Source of the DNA: Bacteroidales bacterium
GTDB taxonomy: Bacteria; Bacteroidota; Bacteroidia; Bacteroidales; UBA7960
DNA: 59,047 bases
Reading direction: 5' to 3'
Assembly: GCA_007131245.1 (NCBI GenBank)
Contig: SLQX01000016.1
Location: 1-59,047, forward strand
Made by a program: the position numbers and the translations under genes. The notes beneath the pieces are model-generated. The model was not told the origin of the DNA and did no database searches. It saw only the letters and a list, made by a program, of their open reading frames with translations. This document shows positions 51,545-59,047 of this stretch, one piece after another (the stretch's first letter is position 1; each line of letters begins with the position of its first letter).

Positions 51545-53890
51545 TTGAAAAAAAAACTCCAAATATATTTTGACCGAATATCCCAAATTTTTAAACCAGC
51601 CAACCCAAAAAAATTTTCCAGGCTGCTTCTGATTATAGTTGCATCGGGCATTTTATTAATGACTTTGCTTCTTTTTTCCTTTGTTTTAAGTGTTCGCATG
51701 GGTTTGTTTGGGACACTTCCCGATCACCAGGAACTTGCCTCCATAGAAAACCAGACATCCTCCGAAATCTATGCATCTGACGATGAATTACTGGGAAAAT
51801 ATTTCATTTATGACCGCTCTCAACTATTGCCTAATCAAGTCTCTGATAACCTTATCAATAGCCTCATAGCAACTGAGGATGCAAGGTTCTACAGCCATAA
51901 TGGCATCGATTACCGTAGTCTCATGCGTGTGTTTTACCGCACCCTTTTATTGAGGCAATCATCAGCAGGGGGTGGCAGCACTTTGAGCCAGCAGCTGGCA
52001 AAAAATCTTTATCCACGAAATGGAGACAGTTTTCTTTCTTTAGCTGTGGATAAAATTAGAGAAATGATTATTGCACGGCGGCTGGAGAGTATTTACTCCA
52101 AAAATGAAATATTGTTATTGTACCTGAATACCGTCTCCTTTGGTGAAAATGTATATGGTGTTACAGCTGCCTCTCTGCGCTTTTTCAACAAGAACCCCCG
52201 GGACTTAACTATAGAAGAAGCTGCCACACTTACAGGCATGTTAAAAGCCACTTCTTTTTACAATCCAAGACTTTTCCCGCAAAGAGCTCTTGACCGCAGA
52301 AACACAGTTATAGGCCAATTAAAAAGATATAAATACATAAACACTCATCAGGCCGATTCGATAAGGCAACTTCCCCTGGAGCTTGATTACACCCCTATGT
52401 CTCACCATCAGGGACCTGCACCCTATTTTAGAGAGTCAGCACGTACACATATTACCCGGTTATTGCATAAATACAACCAGGAAAACAATACCCAGTATAA
52501 CCTTTACACCGATGGACTAAAAATATACACCACCCTGGATTATAACCTGCAGCTCATTGCTGAAAAAGCCGTCGAAAAACAACTCCGGGAACAGCAACAG
52601 CGCATGAATGAGTATTATAAACGGTTATCCAGGCAAAAAGCCATGCCACTTCTACGGAAGTTAATGCTCCAAACCCAACGATACCAATCATTTCAAAAGA
52701 ATAATCTGGAGAGTGAGTCTGTTGAAGTACACTTTGACCAAGCCATTGCCATGGAATTTTACGAACCCGGAGGATCACAACGCCTTGAAATTTCACCGCT
52801 TGACTCCATCTTTTTATCTCAACAAGTAATCCACGCAGGTTTGGTATCGCTGGATCCCCGAAATGGTGCCATAAGAGCCTGGGTGGGTGGCAACAACATC
52901 AGTTTCTATCAGTATGATCATGTATTGGCCCAAAGGCAGGCTGGTTCTACATTTAAACCTCTGGTATATGCTACAGCTTTGGAGATGGGCATAGAGCCTT
53001 GTGAGTATGTAAGCAATGACTCCATCGTTTTTGAGGACAACGAAGGATGGAGCCCAGGCAATGTGGATGGTAATTATGATGGGTATTACAGTATGGCAGG
53101 AGCCCTCGCACATTCAGTAAACACCGTTTCTGCCCATTACATTAACCTCACAGGTATATTGCCTGTACTGGAAGTTGCACACAAAGCGGGCATCCACTCC
53201 CCCCTGCCACGTGTTCCTTCTATTGCACTAGGTACGGCCGATGTGAGCCTGCTGGAGATGACTTCTGCTTTCACCCCTTTTGTTAACAAAGGGAATTCTC
53301 AAAAACCCTTTTGGCTGTTGAAAATAGAGGATAAAAACGGTAAGGTAATTTACGATAACAGACCATCCCGTGAAACACCCGTGTTTTCAGAAAGTACTGC
53401 CTTAATGAGTCGCCAGATGCTTTCCTCTGTAGTAGATAGTGGTACAGCAGCCCAATTGCGCAACCGATTTGGCATTACAGATGCTTTGGCTGGTAAAACA
53501 GGGACCACCCAGCATGGTGCTGACACCTGGTTTGTTGGATTTAGCCCGGGCTTAATAACCGGAGTATGGACCGGAGTTGAAAACCCTGCTTTCGCTGGAA
53601 TTTATAAAACCCCACTCAGTTCTACCAATAGTGCTGTTCCGGTTTGGGGAGAGTATTACCGTATGATTTCTGAAAACACCCAAACCCGTGAATATAACAG
53701 GGGCTCTTTTACCCCACTGCCTGATTCATTGGCCATAAAACTTCAATGCAATATGTTTTTGGAAGAGCTACCCTCCCAAAGTTGGTGGGAAAAAATATTT
53801 TCCAGACCGGACGATGGTACTCCTGAGCCGAAACCCCGGGATGAGGAGCAACCAAGCCGTTTCCGCAGGTGGTTAGATAGGGTTTTCTGA
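51545..53890 (+). CDS. Class A penicillin-binding protein (PBP1A family)
   Basis: ATEDARFYSH, GGSTLSQQLAKN, YLNTVSFG; transpeptidase GSTFK, SVN, GKTGT. Confidence 0.95.
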   Translation: MKKKLQIYFDRISQIFKPANPKKFSRLLLIIVASGILLMTLLLFSFVLSVRMGLFGTLPDHQELASIENQTSSEIYASDDELLGKYFIYDRSQLLPNQVSDNLINSLIATEDARFYSHNGIDYRSLMRVFYRTLLLRQSSAGGGSTLSQQLAKNLYPRNGDSFLSLAVDKIREMIIARRLESIYSKNEILLLYLNTVSFGENVYGVTAASLRFFNKNPRDLTIEEAATLTGMLKATSFYNPRLFPQRALDRRNTVIGQLKRYKYINTHQADSIRQLPLELDYTPMSHHQGPAPYFRESARTHITRLLHKYNQENNTQYNLYTDGLKIYTTLDYNLQLIAEKAVEKQLREQQQRMNEYYKRLSRQKAMPLLRKLMLQTQRYQSFQKNNLESESVEVHFDQAIAMEFYEPGGSQRLEISPLDSIFLSQQVIHAGLVSLDPRNGAIRAWVGGNNISFYQYDHVLAQRQAGSTFKPLVYATALEMGIEPCEYVSNDSIVFEDNEGWSPGNVDGNYDGYYSMAGALAHSVNTVSAHYINLTGILPVLEVAHKAGIHSPLPRVPSIALGTADVSLLEMTSAFTPFVNKGNSQKPFWLLKIEDKNGKVIYDNRPSRETPVFSESTALMSRQMLSSVVDSGTAAQLRNRFGITDALAGKTGTTQHGADTWFVGFSPGLITGVWTGVENPAFAGIYKTPLSSTNSAVPVWGEYYRMISENTQTREYNRGSFTPLPDSLAIKLQCNMFLEELPSQSWWEKIFSRPDDGTPEPKPRDEEQPSRFRRWLDRVF

Positions 53891-53894
53891 TGAA

Positions 53895-54383
53895 TCAGTT
53901 CCTGCGTCTGTCCTGCTGTCTACCTCTTCCGTGCCCTTCACGGTAAAGCTGCCTGTTGAAACTTCTTTCAGCATGGTAGAGAAGTACCACCTTTTTCAAA
54001 GGGAGTATTTCTTTAAACTTTTCATGATATTCGCGACGCAAAGCAGCCATTTCTTCCATGTTTTGGATATCCGCATCAGCCACTTCACGCAATTGCTCTT
54101 CACTCATATCATGCAGCTCCCTCAAAGGGACCCTTTGCTCACGGTGAGCAATCATCATTTGGTTGCGTTTGTCGGTATACTCGTTGTAAACGGGCCAAAA
54201 TTGTTGTGCTTCTTCAGGAGTGAGAGAAATTTCCTGGGTTATATAAGCTATTCTCTTGGCTTCCATCTCGCGAAATCTTTCCTGCCATTGTCCTGCCCCT
54301 TGTCCGGGCTGGCCATATCCATCCACACCCCAAAAAACAATAAACAACAACAATACGGCAATATAATTAGGCATTTTCTTCAT
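53895..54383 (-). CDS. Periplasmic Spy/CpxP-like helical protein associated with the ECF sigma factor
   Basis: Signal peptide, KRIAYIT..LTPEEAQQFWPVYNEY motif; third gene of the ECF locus. Confidence 0.7.
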   Translation of the reverse strand: MKKMPNYIAVLLLFIVFWGVDGYGQPGQGAGQWQERFREMEAKRIAYITQEISLTPEEAQQFWPVYNEYTDKRNQMMIAHREQRVPLRELHDMSEEQLREVADADIQNMEEMAALRREYHEKFKEILPLKKVVLLYHAERSFNRQLYREGHGRGRQQDRRRN

Positions 54384-54420
54384 AATTCAAGGATTTTTTA
54401 TTCAATATTTGGTATAACTT

Positions 54421-54912
54421 TTACCATGAATTTTCCACATCTATGGGCGATTGCATATAGTAATCACCATAGGTGGCAATATAGTCTATAAATTCATCTT
54501 CATTGTCAAACGTAGCAAAAAACTCCTCATCTTCTGCCTCTTCCAATGTTTCACCCAAAACCATATCATAATAGGCAGCGGACTGGTAATCGGCATAATA
54601 AGCAAAATATTCATCAAAAAGTGCATCATCCGTATATCCGTTCATGGCTTGCGGAGTCTCCTTTTGCCATATGAAATATCCGGCAAAAATCAGAAAAACA
54701 GCTACTGTCAAAGCATAAGCAAACTGCGGAATGCCCAAGCGGGAAAACACAGTATGCTGTTTTTTTTGCAACTGCTCCCTTCGTTTGCGAATATCCTGGG
54801 GCAAAGTTTCAAAATAATTGCCGGGTACTGAAAAAGGAGTTTCACCACTGTGTTTTTCCAGTGATGGAGCTACTTGCTTCAGTTCTTTTTTAATTTTATC
54901 CTTGTCTTCCAT
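54421..54912 (-). CDS. Putative single-TM anti-sigma factor
   Basis: PFSVPGNYFE cytoplasmic motif, one TM, acidic C-terminus; directly downstream of the ECF sigma gene. Confidence 0.65.
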   Translation of the reverse strand: MEDKDKIKKELKQVAPSLEKHSGETPFSVPGNYFETLPQDIRKRREQLQKKQHTVFSRLGIPQFAYALTVAVFLIFAGYFIWQKETPQAMNGYTDDALFDEYFAYYADYQSAAYYDMVLGETLEEAEDEEFFATFDNEDEFIDYIATYGDYYMQSPIDVENSW

Positions 54913-54930
54913 TACAGGGTATTTTTTATT

Positions 54931-54958
54931 TTAGACAACAAAACCCCTCAAGGGTTTA
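54931..54958 (-). promoter_or_regulatory. Putative ECF-type promoter overlapping the sigma stop codon
   Basis: TAAACC-N16-GTCTAA, 18 nt upstream of the anti-sigma ATG. Confidence 0.55.
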
Positions 54959-55504
54959 ATGCCTGGATATATACTCCTCAATTTTCTTTGCAGCATGATG
55001 ATAAGAAGCCTTCAGAGCACCTTCTGAAGTTTCCAGTATTTGGGATATTTCTTCGTATTTCATTTCATCAAAATAACGCATGTTGAACACCACTCTTTGT
55101 TTCTCAGGAAGTGTAAGAATGGCTTTTTGTAATAACTTCTGGATCTCATTTCCGGTAAAACCTTGATTGCTGTCAACTTTTGTTATTAAAGACTCTTCCA
55201 CATCCTGCCAGGGTAAAAAGAACCGGCGTTTTTTTCTCTTGAGAAAACTCAGCGCCTCATTGGTGGCAATGCGATAGAGCCAGGTAAAAAGACCTGAATC
55301 AGACCTGAACCGTTCCAGTCCTTTCCAGGCTTTAATAAAAACCTCCTGAATTAAGTCATTGGTGTCTTCATGATCCAAAACCAGGCGTCTTAAATGCCAA
55401 TAAATTTTTTCCTGATATTTTCTTACAATCAAATCAAAAGCATAATTGGGATTACCCGAATTATGGTAAAGATCAAGAAGCTTTTCATCAGAATAGTTAG
55501 TCAT
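54956..55504 (-). CDS. RNA polymerase ECF sigma-70 factor
   Basis: Region 2 DLIQEVFIKAW..FTWLYRIATN, region 4 LPEKQRVVF..YEEIS; ATG 55504 preferred. Confidence 0.95.
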   Translation of the reverse strand: MTNYSDEKLLDLYHNSGNPNYAFDLIVRKYQEKIYWHLRRLVLDHEDTNDLIQEVFIKAWKGLERFRSDSGLFTWLYRIATNEALSFLKRKKRRFFLPWQDVEESLITKVDSNQGFTGNEIQKLLQKAILTLPEKQRVVFNMRYFDEMKYEEISQILETSEGALKASYHHAAKKIEEYISRH

Positions 55505-55720
55505 ACAGCATTTTGGCAAAAATAGATTGCTGCTTCTTTTTAGGTGAAGCTATTGGTTTGACTGATACAAAAACATAAGGTTTAAAAGCACCATGAAATA
55601 ATTTTTGAATTGTTTCCTGATTTACAAAACACCAACCATTCATTAAACATAAAGCAGAACTCCATACTTTAAGTGTTCTCCGGAACAAACCCAGAAGGTT
55701 TTGCTGAAACAGCCTCCCTA

Positions 55721-57109
55721 CTAATAATGTCCCACATTGACCACAGTAGTTTTTCCTGACTCAATACGAAAGCTTTTGTCAATGGAAAAAACGGTCTGAC
55801 TGGATACCCTTGAACGGAAGATTACACGGTATTTACCAGGTTGCAAATAAATCGTTTCCCGCCCCACATCCTCTTTCATTTCATGAATAACTTCCAGATG
55901 ATTGTCTTCATCGTGCAATACCTTTGCATAACCCGATGCCGGCAGCCTTATTACAGCTATGCCTGGTTGAGGAATCTCAACGGTGGTGTTATGACTTTGC
56001 TCAATACTTACATTTTCAACATGAATCCGGGGTAGCGACAACACCTCCAAATCATAATTCCCTACAAGATATTTTTCTGTATTTCCAAAATTTTGGGTTG
56101 TGAGAGTTTCCATTTCCCCTGCTTTGCGTACCACAGCCTGGTATGAAATTCTGCTGGCCCCCCCGGCAAGTAAGGTCAAACTGCCCTGGGGTGTGTCAGC
56201 TGCAATAATATTGTGCTTACCCGGATTGATGGATATATCCCTTACGGTAACCTGGGGTGTGGTATGTACCACCATATCGTATTGCATAAGCGGATCGAAA
56301 TAATAAAGGGTATCAGGCAGTCCCCGATGATTCATCGTATGCATAAAATTATTCATTATTTTCCCACTCACATGATCGTGAAAGGTCACAGGAACATTAG
56401 TTTCAGTGGGCAATCCATGAATATCCAGTAGATTCACCTGGGCTGTAGTATTGTCCAAAGCCTGGGATATAACAATTTCAAGGCTTTGCCGAAACTCAGT
56501 TTCACTGGTGGCATCAAAATATTCTCCTACACAATCAAACTCTTCCCTAAAGTCACGGCCAATTCCAATGATAAAAGGCTTTAGTACAATGCCTTGTTTT
56601 TGCAGCTCCTCTGACACGGCACATGGATCACCGCCACACTCTTCCAACCCATCTGTAATCAAAACGATGATGTTGCGGCAATTGTCGCAAGGGGGAAAAT
56701 CATGTTGTGCAAGTTCAAGCGACCGGGCAATGGGTGTGGTACCACGGGGAGTTATTTGTCGTAATCTACGCCGAATGGCAGGCACATTATCATCTTCAAA
56801 AGGAATTTCCAATTTTGAGTCATCGCAATCCTGGGGAGGGAAACGTTTCTGGTGGCCATATACGCGTAGGGCAAACTGGGTGTGTTCAATATGTCGAAGA
56901 CTATCAAGAAGTTCACCCAACAAATTTCGGGCAATATTTATGCGCATATCGCTTTGCCACCGAGCAAACATGCTTTGTGAAGCATCAAAGATAAAAAGTA
57001 TACGGGTGGTCGGGGCCTCTAAATCAGGCTCTTCCTGCTCCTGGGCAAATGTAATATGCCCCCCAAATACTACAAAAACAATAACAAATAATAATTTTTT
57101 TATGCTCAA
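55721..57109 (-). CDS. Exported vWA-domain protein
   Basis: Signal peptide, DASQSM MIDAS motif, GTTPIA, LITDGLEECGGDPC; C-terminal beta-sandwich repeats. Confidence 0.88.
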   Translation of the reverse strand: MSIKKLLFVIVFVVFGGHITFAQEQEEPDLEAPTTRILFIFDASQSMFARWQSDMRINIARNLLGELLDSLRHIEHTQFALRVYGHQKRFPPQDCDDSKLEIPFEDDNVPAIRRRLRQITPRGTTPIARSLELAQHDFPPCDNCRNIIVLITDGLEECGGDPCAVSEELQKQGIVLKPFIIGIGRDFREEFDCVGEYFDATSETEFRQSLEIVISQALDNTTAQVNLLDIHGLPTETNVPVTFHDHVSGKIMNNFMHTMNHRGLPDTLYYFDPLMQYDMVVHTTPQVTVRDISINPGKHNIIAADTPQGSLTLLAGGASRISYQAVVRKAGEMETLTTQNFGNTEKYLVGNYDLEVLSLPRIHVENVSIEQSHNTTVEIPQPGIAVIRLPASGYAKVLHDEDNHLEVIHEMKEDVGRETIYLQPGKYRVIFRSRVSSQTVFSIDKSFRIESGKTTVVNVGHY

Positions 57110-57592
57110 AACAACTTCCTGTTGGGTGAAACTTCTTTAAATAACTATTTGACTCATTGCCAGTCTCTGCTTTGGAGAAAACAATTTGACTATAAACAAT
57201 GTCACTGTACTTTCTTCATAAAAACCGTTGCTTAACCTGTTTAATCAGTTGGTTATATACAGATAAAATAAAACTGCAATAACCTATTAAATATTACGCA
57301 AAACCATAAGTATTGTTGCTCAAACGAACTTACTTATGCAATGTAATACATGTAAATCATAACATTGCAGACTATTTTATCTGAACAAAGGCTACTAATC
57401 AACACATTTGTTAAATGCTCATTTTTTATTTGCAAAGGATGAATACCTATGAGCCAAAAGACAACAAAATTACATGATTTTTCTGCAAAATGCCTTAAAG
57501 AATTCTATTTAAAAAAGACACTCGCCACAACATAAAACATGCTTTTTTTTGATATACCCCCTCTGTTTTTTTGTTAGAAATATATATTTTTA

Positions 57593-57600
57593 TACTTTTG
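57593..57600 (+). promoter_or_regulatory. Sigma-A -7 element for the GSIII gene
   Basis: TACTTTTG about 60 nt upstream of ATG 57659. Confidence 0.55.
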
Positions 57601-57658
57601 CAACAATACCCCTGCTTTTTTTTAACCTAATAAACCATAACCTAACTTTTTTTCACAC

Positions 57659-59047
57659 ATGACTAACATAAGATTCACAGCACTCCAAAAAGCACTCTCA
57701 CATGCTCCTGTACAATTGCCCAACATTCCGGCAAAAGTTTCTGAGTATTTCGGTCAAAATGTATTCAGCGATAAAGCAATGCGCGAGTACCTTCCCGATG
57801 ATGTATACAAAAGCATCAGTGATAATATCGACAAGTCAGAAAAGATAAGCAAAAAAGTAGCTGACCAGGTTGCCTCCGCCATGAGGGCCTGGGCTATCAG
57901 TAAAGGAGCCACACACTACACCCACTGGTTTTTGCCCCTTAACGGTGCTACTGCTGAAAAACATGATGCATTCTTTAGCCCCACAACCGATAATCGCAGC
58001 ATCGAACAATTTGATGGAGGAAAATTGGTTCAGCAGGAACCGGATGCCAGCAGCTTACCTAGCGGAGGTTTACGCAATACCTTTGAAGCGAGGGGTTACT
58101 CGGCTTGGGATCCATCTTCGCCCGCCTTTATTTTGGATGGAACCTTATGTATTCCTACCATATTTATTGCTTACACCGGTGAGGCGCTTGATTTTAAAGC
58201 TCCTTTGCTACAATCCATCTCTTATATAGACCATGAAGCCACAGAGGTTTGTCAGTTGTTTGATCGCAGCGTGAATAAAGTGTACTCAACACTGGGCCTG
58301 GAGCAGGAATATTTCCTTGTAGACGAGGCATTGTATCATGCCCGCCCGGATTTGGTTATGACCGGAAGGACATTATTGGGTCATACCCCGGCCAAAGGTC
58401 AGCAAATGGAGGATCACTATTTTGGAGCAATCGCACCCAGGGTAAGTGCATTTATGAAAGAGTTTGAATATGAAGCCTGGAAATTGGGAATACCCATCAA
58501 AACCAGGCACAATGAAGTAGCTCCCAACCAGTTTGAGCTGGCACCTGTTTATGAAGAAGCCAATATTGCTATAGATCACAACCAGCTTACCATGGTAGTG
58601 ATGGAAAAAATTGCCCGCAAACACAACTTCAGGGTCCTTTTCCATGAGAAACCATTTGCCGGGGTAAACGGCAGCGGCAAACATAATAACTGGTCATTAG
58701 CTACCAATACCGGGAAAAACCTTCTTAGTCCGGGACATACACCTAAAACCAACCTTTTGTTTCTTACTTTCTTTGTGAACTTCATCAAAGCTGTTCATCA
58801 GAATGCTGACTTGCTGCGGGGAGCCATTTCATCAGCAGGCAACGATCACCGGCTGGGTGCCAATGAAGCACCACCCGCCATCCTGTCCATCTTTATTGGA
58901 GAACAGTTGACACAAGTATTGGAAGAGGTGGAAAAAAAGGTAAAAGACCGCAAAATGACACCGGAAGAAAAAACAGAACTTAAACTTAATATTGGTAAAA
59001 TCCCCCAAATTATCAGGGATAATACCGACAGGAACCGCACATCTCCC
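57659..59047 (+). CDS. glnA: Glutamine synthetase type III (3'-partial; absent from the ORF track because it has no stop codon in the window)
   Basis: Manual translation MTNIRFTAL..., GATHYTHWF, AEKHDAF, QEPDASS, RNTFEARGY, GLEQEYFL, TRHNEVAPNQFE, HEKPFAGVNGSGKHNNW, HRLGANEAPP, DRNRTSP. Confidence 0.96.
   Translation, partial: MTNIRFTALQKALSHAPVQLPNIPAKVSEYFGQNVFSDKAMREYLPDDVYKSISDNIDKSEKISKKVADQVASAMRAWAISKGATHYTHWFLPLNGATAEKHDAFFSPTTDNRSIEQFDGGKLVQQEPDASSLPSGGLRNTFEARGYSAWDPSSPAFILDGTLCIPTIFIAYTGEALDFKAPLLQSISYIDHEATEVCQLFDRSVNKVYSTLGLEQEYFLVDEALYHARPDLVMTGRTLLGHTPAKGQQMEDHYFGAIAPRVSAFMKEFEYEAWKLGIPIKTRHNEVAPNQFELAPVYEEANIAIDHNQLTMVVMEKIARKHNFRVLFHEKPFAGVNGSGKHNNWSLATNTGKNLLSPGHTPKTNLLFLTFFVNFIKAVHQNADLLRGAISSAGNDHRLGANEAPPAILSIFIGEQLTQVLEEVEKKVKDRKMTPEEKTELKLNIGKIPQIIRDNTDRNRTSP

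Noticed and set aside
51548-51556. A9 run just after the PBP1A start (similar runs in the helicase tail and kinase start) as phase-variation sites
   Set aside because: Runs of 8-9 A/T are common in this AT-rich genome, encode Lys/Phe, and the frames are intact.
57945-59040. Short ORF-track calls in the last 1.1 kb
   Set aside because: They are alternative-frame or antisense fragments of the GSIII gene starting at 57659.

Overview
Core-genome-like window from a Bacteroidota (Bacteroidales-like) chromosome, judged from TAnnTTTG promoter elements, T9SS C-terminal domains, TamL/TamB and type III glutamine synthetase. The secreted and periplasmic proteins are very acidic, which hints at a saline habitat. 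About 33 CDS: rho (5'-partial), CopA-type ATPase, DUF1460 amidase, tsaD, two TamB paralogues plus TamL, AI-2E transporter, M15 carboxypeptidase, LOG, two T9SS cargo proteins, PrdX, FprA, ParC, BatA-domain protein, DEAD-box helicase, GT2-miaA, M14 peptidase, a divergent YchF, a lipoprotein-type hybrid sensor kinase, a radical SAM + DUF6873-like pair, EamA, PBP1A, an ECF sigma/anti-sigma/Spy-like triad, a vWA protein and GSIII (3'-partial, missing from the ORF track). I see no tRNA, rRNA, CRISPR array, prophage or IS. I cannot demonstrate a new system from sequence alone. The best leads are the overlapping radical SAM-pentein pair, a probable ATT start for tamB overlapping the tsaD promoter, a YchF lacking the switch-I/redox Cys motif, a clamp-binding-like ParC tail, an ECF promoter built into the sigma stop codon, and the GT2-miaA overlap.
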